From Macrostomum lignano (taxonomy: Eukaryota): a stretch of DNA of 64,000 nt. Below, in pieces: positions 1-11,936 of the stretch. The position numbers and the translations under genes were made by a program. How positions within the stretch are numbered: position 1 is the stretch's first letter; each line of letters begins with the position of its first letter. The notes under the pieces are model-generated. The model did not search any database and had not been told where the DNA came from. It was given only the letters and a program-made list of their open reading frames with translations. The stretch covers positions 186,001-250,000 of the forward strand of contig NIVC01000793.1 of the NCBI GenBank assembly GCA_002269645.1, in the 5' to 3' direction.

Positions 1-1151
1 CATTGGCTGTACATGGGAGGTTTTGCGGGGATAATGGAAACCGTACTGGAGAGGTTGCCGGTATTTTGGTTGGGGGGCATTTCAAAATGATGGGGAGGCC
101 GGAGAGTAAGCTAAATTTTGGCCTGAGGGGCGTGGCCTTTTAACTCGACCCTGGCTTCTCAGTTTCCTGGATTCTAGGGGTTGCGGGTATTGCGGAACTT
201 CAGCGGCTCATATCTGGGATTGGGGGGCTGACATTCAGTGTTCCTTCTTGGGGGTTCACGCCTTGGCGGCTGGTTCATCAGCTGGGGCCTGTACTGCTGC
301 TAAGGTTGCGGCCTGTTCTGCTGCTGGGGTGGCTGTCTGTACAGCTGAGGGTTTGACTGCCTGTACTGCTGAGGAAGTGGCTGTCTGTACTGTTGCTGGG
401 GGAACACCTGAGATGGCGGGGCACATTGCGCTGTTTCGGCCAGTTGTTTCTGCAGGTTCTGAATAAGCCTTTCTTGGCGGTCAATCTTAGTCTGCTAGTC
501 AATGATCAATTGATCGGTTCTGACCTTGTGTTCTTCTTTCTCATCCTAGGTCACTCTAATTCCTCCTTTGTGGGACATTTGATAAGCAGCTTCAATTCTG
601 CGCAACATTCTACGGGCGGCTTGGAGACTAGCAGGTTGGGCAAAAATTAGCTTTTCATGGGTGTCGGGAGGGGTTCTCACACCTTTAATGAACTGCTCAA
701 CCAGTTCCTCTTCTCTTTGCTCAGCATCCATATTTAGGAATGCGCGGGAGGCTAATTCAATTAGGGCATCAGCGAAACTGTCTATAGATTCGTTTCAACC
801 TTGGCAATGGTTTCGGAACTCTTCGCGGAATTCAGCAGAACTTCCTACTTTTCCAAATCTCTCTATCAGTCTTTCCTTAAATTCCTCATAGGGGAGATTG
901 GCTGGGAGGTTGAGGCGTTGGACTGCTGCAAATGCAGTGCTTAAATCTAAATTAGTGAGCAATTCCTGCTTTCGATTCTCCTCTTCAATGCCTTCATTTT
1001 CACATCGCTGGTCAAATGCGGTAAGCCAGATTCTGATGTCTTGGCTGGGGACGTATTTCTGTATTTTCACATGCCTAAGGGGACCTAGTTCTAATCAATT
1101 GCGGAGCTCTTTGGCTAAGAGTCCTAGGGCTTCGTTAATTCCTGCGGCCAT
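1..1151 (-). pseudogene. Decayed Ty3/Gypsy-type gag (retrotransposon capsid-like N-terminus, coiled coil, Q/P-rich tail)
   Basis: ATG at 1151. ORFs 795-1070 and 546-731 share one frame (MAAGINEALGLLAKELRN*LELG...IRIWLTAFDQRC...EFKERLIERFG...QG*NESIDSFADALIELASRAF...EQFIKGV). The frame is broken only by in-frame TGA/TAG codons and lies directly downstream of a PBS. Confidence 0.8.
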
Positions 1152-1210
1152 TGTACTTCAGGGATAGGGGGTTTAGAGTTTGGGTTGGTTTAAGTGCGCA
1201 TTTCACCAGA

Positions 1211-1235
1211 TTCAAATCCTTTACCACTGCCACCA
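1211..1235 (-). promoter_or_regulatory. Primer-binding site (tRNA-Leu-like) next to an LTR end
   Basis: Minus strand reads CCCTACAACA-AAAT-TGGTGGCAGTGGTAAAGGATTTGAA. TGG matches the tRNA CCA end; TGGTGGCAGTGGT matches the 3' end of tRNA-Leu as recalled from vertebrate sequences. Confidence 0.7.
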
Positions 1236-1239
1236 ATTT

Positions 1240-1915
1240 TGTTGTAGGGTTATTTCCTGTTGACTGAAATCCTACCACTTAGCTATCAATTTGTTGTAGG
1301 AGGGGTCGGGGGTTATTGGGAATTTTCGGGGTTTTCTTAGAATTTGGGGCGAACTGCGCAATTCATACTACTAATAAGAGTAAGCCGTAGGTTGCTCCTG
1401 GTGGCGAGGTGTGTCCAAGTGGCAAGACACTAATTTTTTTACTCAGTCCAGCTATTTTGGTGGGGGAGGGGGGTGATTAAGGGCTTTGCGGTGGACTTGA
1501 GTTGCCTGAGGAAATTAGCGCACTGGGGAACTCTAATATTCAGCGGGGAATACCTGGCATCAGGGGGTATCCAGATGGGGAATTAAGAAGGCAATATGCC
1601 TAATCCGGGAATGAAGGGAGGCTAGAATTTTAGCCTTAGTAAGGAGGCAATATGCCTGATGTGGGAAGTAGATAGATAACTTAGGCAATAGGCCTAGTGG
1701 GATAAGGAGGCAGTATGCCTGATGTGGGAGTTAAAGCCAGGGCAAACAGGGAGCCTGGTTGGGGAGTTGGCTGATTGCCGGATCAAACTGAGGGGTCTGG
1801 GAGTAGGGAGAGGCTGTACGCCTATTCAACTTGGGATAAAGGGGGGGGGTTGTAATTTGTTAGAAAGGGAAGGGGTTGTACGCTCTCTCGAGAGGAGTAT
1901 AGGGGTAGAGGGGTG
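1240..1915 (-). mobile_element. 5' LTR (partial) of the Gypsy element, with a duplicated LTR-end/PBS unit
   Basis: LTR-end motif CCTACAACA occurs twice on the minus strand (plus tgttgtagg at 1240 and 1292). The C-rich body has short internal repeats. The outer LTR boundary was not found. Confidence 0.55.
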
Positions 1916-4906
1916 AATGTTTGCCTTTAAAGAACCAAGTCTGACTCAATAGCTATTTTTAGAACAAGGCAGCACTAAGGCCTATAGCTAGAAGGCGATA
2001 AGTCAGATCGCCAGGATGCAGGCAAGTTGCTCCTCTATCCATATATTTAGCTTCTTTATATAGCAAAAATAATAAAAATGGCAGACAATTATAAACAAAA
2101 AATTTCAACATTAAAATAGCCTATTTGTTGCGTAGGAAAATTCTGCATTGATATATATAAGTCCCGCATTTGAGTTGCCAGCCGTTTAGGAGGAGATACG
2201 CGTTAAACCCGGCCGGTCGATTGATCCACTCAGCTTTAGATATAAGATATTACGTCTCAAAATGGTTAGAAGATTGTAAGTTAGCAAAATAGGAACTTAT
2301 TAGCGCAAATATATATATATTCAGCATCATACTATTATTAGAACTATTTTTAAGAATATTTCAAATGTTAAAAACAAGCTATAGAAGGAATAGGCAGAAT
2401 ATATAAACTTTATTGAGGCACACATAACATACTAAACAAATCAACTGTCTCAGAAGCTGAGTTTTCTATTTTAAAGTTGGAAGTCAAAGTTGGCATTGTA
2501 TTTGATATGGTTTTAACAAAAAGGCAATTTTGGGCCTAAGAATTCTATGATTTTAGCTAAAAAAGAAGAGTAGATTAATATATGATAAGATAGGTTAAGT
2601 TAGTGATTTTGATTAGCTTAATTGCTAGCTGATAACTAAGGATCAACTGTGATCATGGTCACAATCACAAGAACCATGATCATAAGGAAAAAAATCACGC
2701 ATGGTCTTTTGCCAATCGTGATCATGATTAATGAATTTTGTAATTTAAACCTTACTTTTTTAGGTCGTAGCATAATATACTAAAATATCAATTATAAAAA
2801 GCAAACCAAAATTGAAAACATCAATGCAGATATAACAAAGCCACATAATAAAATATAATCAAACAATAAACATGGTACAACAAAACTTAAAAATCAATAA
2901 AATTTATTAAACTTAGTTCTATGTTTAAATAAAATACATTTTATAAAAATTCATGGTCACACGGATTCATACAGGTCTAGTTTTAATCATGTACAAAAAA
3001 TCATATTTGATCTGTACTGATAATTGTTTATTATCTAAATCAATACTTTAATTAGCTCCCTAGAAATATGCATACTATTTATAGCAGTGCATATACACTA
3101 ATATAGAGCATTTAATTTTAATTCAACACAGGAATTTTGTATTTAGCCAACTTATTTTTTTATTGACTAATATACTTTATAGACCTACAACTTTGGCATT
3201 ATATTAAAGTACTCATTTGCCATTTAGATACAGATTGCATTTGGTACACTTGAGGAGTAAATATGCAAAAAAAAAACAAATAGGAGCCTAACAACTATTG
3301 CATTATGTTTTATATATATACATCTATGTACAAAGTATACAGTATAGGATTATTCTAGCTAAAAGTATAAAATATGAATTGGATATTTTTTTAATTTCCT
3401 AGTCAGTTTAGCTTAATTTATATAGTCTTTACTGTTTTTATTAAACATGAAAAACACCAAATATAGAACTACTATTACTAAAGATATGCCACTATAAATG
3501 TATATTGCCCATTGTTTTGTTAGCCAAGAACTATAATTTTAAGTACAAATATAATACTATTAGCATATATATAGCTTATAAGTTTTTATACTATCTGGTA
3601 GAACAGAGTGCTCTATATATATATATGGACTATGTATATGCAATATGCAATATAGCTCCATGCAAGTTCTATAATTATGACTTATGTATCTAATTGTACT
3701 CTATAATCCATTGATATTGTCAAATGTCAATTGATATTAAAGATAATCAATTTCAATCATAATGATATTATATTGATATTGACAATAAGCGAACATTGCC
3801 TGTATCTTAATCTTTGTCCTAAAGTCCATAACCAATGCTTCTCTTTGGCTAGCTAATACCTCCAAAAATCAATTTTTAATTTAGTAATTTCTTTTTGCCA
3901 AGTTCTTAGTAGTTTTCTCATATCTTTAAAAAGTTATAATGCTACAGGCACCTTTCATAGGTTAATGAATTAGATGTTGATATCTGTTCCTTAGTTATTT
4001 ATCCTTAGTGCCTAATGAAAATGATTTTCTCCAATCTAAAATCAAGTTTAGGCCTTAAAGTATTAAAGTATTTTAGGCCTATTGCAATTGGCAATGCTTA
4101 TTTAGATAGCACTAGTCAAATAAACTCATTAGACATTATTATTCCTTTGGTAGTCACTGTTTTTTTCTATGAAAAAATATAACATTGACATAGTTTGTTA
4201 TTATCCTAATAAAAGCCAGCTATATGTGTTATAAAAAACTCAATTAAAAATAAAATTCTTTTCTTTTCTTTTTAGTTTAGGCTTGTATTTGTTTTTGACT
4301 GTATTTATATATAATTATATTATAAATACAAAGTTATTCATTTTCAAAAATACCTACTTTTATTCAAATTTGCCTTGTATTTTGCATATTAGCAAGTAAT
4401 GAGACACTTGTTGAAGTCCCTATTCACAGCAAAAAATCTCATGCTACATGGTCATAGGCCACATTTAGGAAGAAAGTATTTGGTATATATGTTAGTTATC
4501 AGTTAGTATAGAAAAAGGGATTTTGAGCTCTTGTTATACATGTTAAATATTTTGATATGACATCCACTGAAAATAAAAAAGTTGCTTTATCAATAATAGT
4601 CACAAATGTTTATACATGCATATATAATGATAAAATTTGTTAACTAATTAATGCAAAGTTAACTTCAATGTTTTTAAAAGGTGCTACCTTTAGTTTTTAG
4701 GTCTGTCCTATTTAAATTAAATATTTAAATCATCAGTCTAATAATAAGGTTTCAAAATTGCCATTTTTCAAGCTTTTGTGTAGCATGTAAATTATGCATA
4801 CATTGGCATACACCAAAAATGTAGGTTGTTTTTTTATAAACTACATATAGAGTGCTTTAAACTATGAGCAATAGGCAAATAAATAATAAAATAGACATAT
4901 ATATAT

Positions 4907-5292
4907 ATAGGGTGGCCCATGTAACATGCCTGATTTACAACATTAATAACTTTTGTCATTCAAAACCAATGTTGACAAAATTTTGACACAATGTTGCCAC
5001 ATATATAGCATTATATTTGCAAAATTTACACATGCAAGCAAGCACTCACACACTCATACAAGTGGAGGTCTGAAGTGGAATGTTTAAAAAGCAAGCTGCG
5101 GGCATGCACCACATTCACTTTGCTTTGTGTGTGTGTGTGTGTGTGTGTGATTGCTGGCATGCATAAATTTTGCAAATATAATGCTATACCTGTGGCAACA
5201 TTGTGTTAAAATTTTGTCAACATTAGTTGTGAATGACAAAAGTTATTAACATTTTACTTTAAATCAGGCACATTACATGGCCCACCAGATAT
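4907..5292. mobile_element. Tc1/mariner-type MITE with about 130-bp terminal inverted repeats
   Basis: Left arm tagggtggcccatgtaacatgcctgattta...gcaaaattt is the reverse complement of the right arm ...aaatcaggcacattacatggcccaccaga. Both ends sit in TA context and there is a central (TG)n. Confidence 0.8.
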
Positions 5293-5878
5293 ATTTGTCT
5301 ATGGCAGAAGGAAGCTACAATTGCAACCTGAATGGAATAGGGATGTGTATTGATTTTGTCTACCACCTTTTTTAGGTTTTTGTTTGCTGATAGACAAAAC
5401 AACTTTTTCTAGTAAACAAATAGGACCTGAGCCACTCTCCCAGGTCTTAGTTATGCAAGAGTAAAGGTCACTATGCTCAATTGAAGTATTGATGATTAAA
5501 ATCAAAATAATAATACAGTGAGTGCTCAGTGTACATTTTTTAAGTTATATAACATCATAGTCAGATATATACTTGTTATATTAGCTAGACATTTGGTTGT
5601 TAGCAACTATTCATTCATAATAATTCACACTCATTTATAGCTAGGAGGACCATTCGTTTATCTATTACTTACATTTACTTTGATGTACCTAATAATTCTA
5701 TAGGAGCTTCATTTAAAACAGTACCTATTCAGTAATTAGTTGAAGGTTGTTAAGTTACTCTTATTTATAATAAATGTGTCTAAATAATTTTTAATAAGCC
5801 AAGTTCTCTGAGTATTATGCAGAAATAGTTTATAGTTTTTATCAATACCCATCGCCTGCTCCTGCGCCATCAGACGCA

Positions 5879-6354
5879 ATGGCCTCAGCAGATTGCAGTA
5901 CAGATGTCCCAATGAATGGCGACAATGGCCAGGCTCAGGCCGCTGCATCATCAGCTGGCCTGTCAGCCGCCACTGCCGATCCCGCCGCTGGAGTTGCCTC
6001 AGACGAATATATTGTTGAGAAAATTCTGCAGATGCGCATACACCAGGGCAAGAAGCAGTACCTGATCAAGTGGAAGGGCTACGGACCGGAGGAGAACTCC
6101 TGGGTGCCTGAGGAGAATTGCGACTGTCCGGACATTGTGGAGGCATTCGAACGCGAGCGCAAGCAGAGTCGCGATGCGGCCACTCGCAAGAAGTCCTCGG
6201 GGCGCGCGGAGAAGAAGCGGGCGGCTCTGCAGCAGGTCATCGAGTACAAGGAGCCGGCCGGCGCCGGGCCCAGAGGCTTTGACCGGGGACTGCAGCCGGA
6301 TCGGATTCTGGGCGCTACCGATAGCTTGGGCGAGCTCATGTTCCTCATGAAGTG
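5879..6354 (+). CDS. HP1: HP1/chromobox protein, exon 1 (chromodomain, hinge, start of chromoshadow domain)
   Basis: EYIVEKIL...[31 protein letters not shown] is a chromodomain; [28 protein letters not shown] starts the chromoshadow domain. Donor TG|GTGCGT at 6355. Confidence 0.95.
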
Positions 6355-6392
6355 GTGCGTTGCTCTGCTTTGTATACCCGGACTTATGGCTA

Positions 6393-7800
6393 GGCCAGCC
6401 TCCCAGATCCTCAGTTGCTGGGCCACCTGCCTCCCAGATCCTCAGTTGCTGGGCCAGCCTCCCAGATCCTCAGTTGCTGGGCCACCTGCCTCCCAGATCC
6501 TCAGTTGCTGGGCCAGCCGCCCAGATCCTCAGTTGCTGGGCCAGCTTCCCAGATCCTCAGTTGCTGGGCCACCTGCCTCCCAGATCCTCAGTTGCTGGGC
6601 CACCTGCCTCCCAGATCCTCAGTTGCTGGGCCAGCCTCCCAGATCCTCAGTTGCTGGGCCACCTGCCTCCCAGATCCTCAGTTGCTGGGCCAGCCGCCCA
6701 GATCCTCAGTTGCTGGGCCAGCTTCCCAGATCCTCAGTTGCTGGGCCACCTGCCTCCCAGATCCTCAGTTGCTGGGCCAACAGCCTCCCAGATCCTCAGT
6801 TGCTGGGCCAGCCTCCCAGATCCTCAGTTGCTGGGCCACCACCTGCCTCCCAGATCCTCAGTTGCTGGGCCATCTGCCTCCCAGATCCTCAGTTTCTGGG
6901 CCACCTGCCTCCCAGATCCTCAGTTGCTGGGCCAACAGCCTCCCAGATCCTCAGTTGCTGGGCCACCTGCCTCCCAGATCCTCAGTTGCTGGGCCAGCCG
7001 CCCAGATCCTCAGTTGCTGGGCCAGCTTCCCAGATCCTCAGTTGCTGGGCCAGCCTCCCAGATCCTCAGTTCCTGGGCCAGCCTCCCAGATCCTCAGTTG
7101 CTGGGCCAGCCTCCCAGATCCTCAGTTGCTGGGCCAGCCTCCCAGATCCTCAGTTGCTGGGCCAGCCTCCCAGATCCTCAGTTGCTGGGCCAACAGCCTC
7201 CCAGATCCTCAGTTGCTGGGCCACCTGCCTCCCAGATCCTCAGTTGCTGGGCCAGCCGCCCAGATCCTCAGTTGCTGGGCCAGCTTCCCAGATCCTCAGT
7301 TGCTGGGCCACCTGCCTCCCAGATCCTCAGTTGCTGGGCCACCTGCCTCCCAGATCCTCAGTTGCTGGGCCAGCCTCCCAGATCCTCAGTTGCTGGGCCA
7401 CCACCTGCCTCCCAGATCCTCAGTTGCTGGGCCATCTGCCTCCCAGATCCTCAGTTTCTGGGCCACCTGCCTCCCAGATCCTCAGTTGCTGGGCCACCTG
7501 CCTCCCAGATCCTCAGTTGCTGGGCCAACAGCCTCCCAGATCCTCAGTTGCTGGGCCAGCCTCCCAGATCCTCAGTTGCTGGGCCAGCCTCCCAGATCCT
7601 GCAGTTGCTGGGCCAGCCTCCCAGATCCTCAGTTGCTGGGCCAGCCTCCCAGATCATCAGTTGCTGGGCCACTCTCTCAGATCCTCAGTTGCTGGGCCAG
7701 CCTCCCAGATCCTCAGTTGCTGGGCCACTCTCCCAGATCCTCAGTTGCTGGGCCAGCCTCCCAGATCCTGCAGTTTCTGGGCCAACCTCCCAGATCCTCA
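6393..7800 (+). repeat. 28-33 bp minisatellite filling the HP1 intron
   Basis: Core CCCAGATCCTCAGTTGCTGGGCC with variable linkers. CCCAG and CTGGG are self-complementary. Confidence 0.97.
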
Positions 7801-7872
7801 GTCGCTGTGCTGCACTGGGTCCAGCAGCAGTGCACATCAGTGCAATCAGCTCTCAATGCAATTACATTGCAG

Positions 7873-8008
7873 GCGCGAAAGCGACGAAGCAGACCTGGTG
7901 CCGGCCCGGCAGGCCAACGTGCGCTGCCCGCAGATTGTGATCGCCTTCTACGAGGAGCGCCTGGCCTGGTGCAGAGACGAGGAGGCCGTGGGCGGAGCGG
8001 CTGCCTGA
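7873..8008 (+). CDS. HP1: HP1/chromobox protein, exon 2 (rest of chromoshadow domain)
   Basis: Acceptor ttgcag|G completes the Trp codon, then [32 protein letters not shown]. Spliced CDS is 476+136=612 nt, 203 aa. Confidence 0.95.
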
Positions 8009-8564
8009 ATTGGGGCGTTGAGAAGAAGCTCTTTGTATTTCTGCTAATAATGAATTGCGGCATTAGTGAACTAAGGCACCGAATATGCACTGCAGTTTGC
8101 AGTACCTGTAATCCGTTCTGACGTTTAAATTTCCCGGAATTCTGGCATTTAATTAAGGAAATTGCACCGTATGTATGCTCTACTATTAGTAAAAAGGTAC
8201 GCAAATGTAACCAAAAGCTATAAATCACTATAATTATGCTTGCATTTGCCTATTTATAGTAAACCGGTTCTACCATTTTCTGTTACATTAGTCGCCTGTC
8301 ATCTCATTGTGCCCGTCTTTTCATCAGCAAGTTTCTCTTGCTTGGCCTAAAACTTGTTGGATTTAATAAATAATATCGGCTTTCCGCGAAGCGGCCACCA
8401 ACCTTTGTGGCCATCAGTTCACTGTTATTCTTTTATAAACCTCTCTGCACTGCAGTTGCTTTTGTATGGAATTTTTTTGGCAGAAACTTTTGCACTTCTC
8501 TTGCAAAGGTAATACTTTGTTTTCTTGGTGACTTTTAATGTCTCTTACCTTCTTGGCCTTGAGA

Positions 8565-9125
8565 ATCTTCTCCCTTCATCACCTCAATAATCCCCTCGCT
8601 TCATCACCTCAATAATCCCCTCGCTTCATCACCTCAATAATCCCCTCGCTTCATCACCAATAATATCCTCTCTTCATAACTTCAATAATATCCTCTCTTC
8701 ATAACTTCAATAATCTCCTCCCTTCATCACCTCAATTATGTCCCTTCATCACCTCAATTATGTCCCTTCATCACCTCAATTATGTCCCTGCATCACTTCA
8801 ATAATCTCCTTTCATCACCTCAATAATCCCTTCCCTTCATCACCTAATAATCTCCTTTCATCACCTCAATAATCCCTTCCCTTCATCACTTCAATAATCT
8901 CCTTTCATCATCTCAATAATCTCCCTTCATAACCTCAATAATATCCCATCATCACCTCAATAATCCCTTCCCTTCATCACCTAATAATCTCCTTTCATCA
9001 TCTCAATAATCTCCCTTCATCACCTCAATAATCCCCTATCTAAATAACTTCATCACCTCAGTAAAGTCCCTTTATCACCTCCATAATATCTCTTTAACAC
9101 ATTAATAATCTCTTCATCACTTCGA
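8565..9125. repeat. Degenerate 20-27 bp tandem repeat (CTTCATCACCTCAATAAT core)
   Basis: The motif recurs visibly across the interval. Confidence 0.9.
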
Positions 9126-9667
9126 TTTTTAGCACTTTAGCCTAACAAATCACAGTAGTGAACTCGCAAAGTTGAACTTTCATACTTTCATATAAAAATG
9201 GCAAATTAACAGAGCCAATGACAATCGAAAGGAGCTACAGTTTTTCTAAGTGTGAAGTTTACATGCACATTGCACATCGATGATTGGTCGACTAAAGTTT
9301 ATTAACTAATTCAAACCGTGGTCTGTACATACTGGTAGGTGTACAAGTACGTACATAACCTGTAAGTACTTTCACTCGGCAACGTACATATCCCCCCGCT
9401 CACTAAAATTTCTATATTAGGCATAAAAATTGTTCTGGGGCTTGTCGCGCCATTAGAGGGCCAACCCCCAAGACACTGAAGTCTACATGCCTAACGATAC
9501 TCGTAAATAAAGTTGGGGCCGCTGTACACTCCTGTGTGAGCTTGCGTCTACATTACCTGCTTGCCGCCTTGCTGGCTGTGGAGCGAATGTCACTTTGATC
9601 TGCGGTAGTGCCTCGAGCCCACGTGCAATTACAAACTTGACTAACTCGACAAAGAACATCCCAGCCG

Positions 9668-10033
9668 ATGCCTCTCCTACAGCTCTTGCACAATCCCACG
9701 GCCCGTCGAGCCCAGCTACTCCGCCTGCTATCCAACACCTCAGCATCGTCCAACGCGATCAATACTTCGCCGACGCCTAGCGAAGATCAGCAGGAGAAAT
9801 TCGACAGTCGCGGAGCGGTGCTGTACACGGTGACCATCGTGTCCGTGTTTGCTCTGGGGATCATCTTCATGATCGCTTCGCATGTCAAACGGAGCAGCTC
9901 CAAGCGCGAGTTGGACCGCGCAATCTGCGAATACCTGCGGCGAGCGTCCGAAATTCGATTGAGAGGCGATGTGGCGCCGTTTGGAGGCGCCGCAACAGCT
10001 GGCAATTCGCCGTCTATTTTGACGTGGAAGTGA
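9668..10033 (+). CDS. Small single-pass membrane protein, KCNE/MinK-like architecture (121 aa)
   Basis: Two NTS sequons, then hydrophobic AVLYTVTIVSVFALGIIFMIA, then basic SHVKRSSSKRELD. Codon usage is GC-rich like the other exons. An upstream in-frame stop bounds the ORF. Confidence 0.65.
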   Translation: MPLLQLLHNPTARRAQLLRLLSNTSASSNAINTSPTPSEDQQEKFDSRGAVLYTVTIVSVFALGIIFMIASHVKRSSSKRELDRAICEYLRRASEIRLRGDVAPFGGAATAGNSPSILTWK

Positions 10034-10164
10034 CAACAACTGCTATGGCCGGGAGAGCTAATGGTGGCTGGTGACTTGTTTTAATCCTCAACAAGTAGAC
10101 TTTGTATATGTACCTGATGCATGTATTTTAAGTTCCTTCTGGATATGTGACTTCTGCAAGTCAA

Positions 10165-10625
10165 TAGTGACCTTGACTCCTTTTGTAACCCGCCGTGCTC
10201 TGACTCCTTTGTGACCTCCCCATGTGACCTGAGAAACTTGACTCTTTTTGCAACCTACATGTGACCTCCTGGTGATCTTGACTCCTTTGTGACCTCCATG
10301 TGACCTGAGGAACTTGACTCTTTTTGCAACCTACATGTGACCTCCTGGTGATCTTGACTCCTTTGTGACCTCCATGTGACCTGAGGAACTTGACTCTTTT
10401 TGCAACCTACATGTGACCTCCTGGTGATCTTGACCCCTTTGTGACCTCCATGTGACCTGAGAAACTTGACTCTTTTTGCAACCTACATGTGACCTCCTGG
10501 TGATCTTGAACCCTTTGTGACCTCCATGTGACCTCCTGGGGACCTTGAGTCCTTTCTGACCTGGTGATCTTGACTCCTTTGCAACCTCCATGTGACTTCC
10601 TGGTTACCTTTATCCTTTGGGACCT
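10165..10625. repeat. 76-bp tandem repeat (two about 38-bp subunits)
   Basis: catgtgacctgag recurs at 10221, 10297 and 10373. Confidence 0.92.
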
Positions 10626-11828
10626 CCCTGATTCGTTAATTGTGACCTCTATATGTGACCACCTGCGGTGATTTTGCCTAATTTTTATGACCTCTCTGAT
10701 TCGTCTGTCATCTCCATGTGACTCCGCTCTGACCTTGTGGCTCCCCTGGTGACCTCCCTCCTCCATAACTGCTTTGTGACCTCTAAATCTCTCTATGTCG
10801 ACCTGCATGACTCCCTACGGTATAATGATCTCCCAGACGATACGTGACCCCACCTGATAATGAATATGACTTTCTGAATGTTGGCAACTGCTTACTGGAC
10901 CTCCTCATTCACTGCCGATCCTTCGTTGTGTACTTTGCGCATGCGCCCCATACTTCTGCAGTACATGTACGAGTATATTTAAGGTGCCCTACCTGTACAT
11001 AAGTACCTGAAGTCTCCAATATCATTCGAATATGGTGGAGTCACAACAGAAGCGGCAGAGTTTCATTTCTCTTACTTCTCATTTTGGATAACAGTACAGA
11101 GATAACCGTGAAAGCAACGACAAGATCAAGACATAAGACTTTGGTGTTGTGTGATTTAATTTAATATATCGAATATTTTTATTTACCCAAATCACCCTTC
11201 GCTTTCATTCATTCAAAACGAGTTTTTGTTCCAACGAGTTTACACAAAGCAGCACAAAAATAACTTAATTTTTATTTTGATACGGTACAATGGCCAAGAC
11301 CAGTCACCATGGGATACGATAGGGGGGCGCGGGCGGTTTACACCCGAGTTTCGGGTTGACAAAAGTACAGAAAATAGTTTTCATTCTGGACTTACAGAAC
11401 TTTTCAATAGAATTATCAATGTATATAGTTATGGATGCAGTTCTGCACAACCAGTCACCCTAATGGAGATGATATTATTGATTTGGAGTTTGACCAGGTC
11501 TATTTAAGAATTCGCGAATTTGACTTGTCATTTTTGGACAAGTTTCATTCCTTGGATCGGAGATCGACAATTAATAGGGGAGCAATAAGTTTGAGAACCT
11601 GGTTTTTCATTTTCAAGTACTAGAAGCTATTCTTACCTTTTTAGAAGTTAGTGGACTGTGGAGAATTGAAGGAGAGAAGAAGAGACGTTGGAAAACAATT
11701 TAAAAAAACAAAATGTGTTTTACTTTTGTTATACTGCATCAGTTTGTTAAATTTTAATCACGCCTATTTGAACAATTTGAATTCGTGCGCGAATTGTCTC
11801 TGAGAGGCTGCGCTAGCAGGGCGGGACA

Positions 11829-11936
11829 TCAGATGACCGCGCAGCACACGTTGCCGGGCTGCTGGTCCTTGACGTTCTTGTTCACGTCGCCCTCCTTGCC
11901 GTTGGCGGTGGCCTCGCCTTCTTTCTTCTCGCCGCC
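11829..11936 (-). CDS. Acidic CaaX protein, terminal exon 5 (GGEKKEGEATANGKEGDVNKNVKDQQPGNVCCAVI*)
   Basis: Acceptor tcgtcag| in phase 0, strong GC3 codon bias, TGA at 11831-11829, ends in a CaaX box. Confidence 0.85.
   Translation of the reverse strand, partial: GGEKKEGEATANGKEGDVNKNVKDQQPGNVCCAVI

Noticed and set aside
3184-3200. Further LTR-end/PBS junction CCTACAACTTTGGCATT
   Set aside because: It is a single short match in AT-rich eroded DNA with no LTR or second unit recognisable.
5879-8008. 709-aa HP1 as the main product
   Set aside because: Canonical GT-AG sites restore an intact chromoshadow domain and a normal 203-aa HP1; the long ORF is intron read-through.
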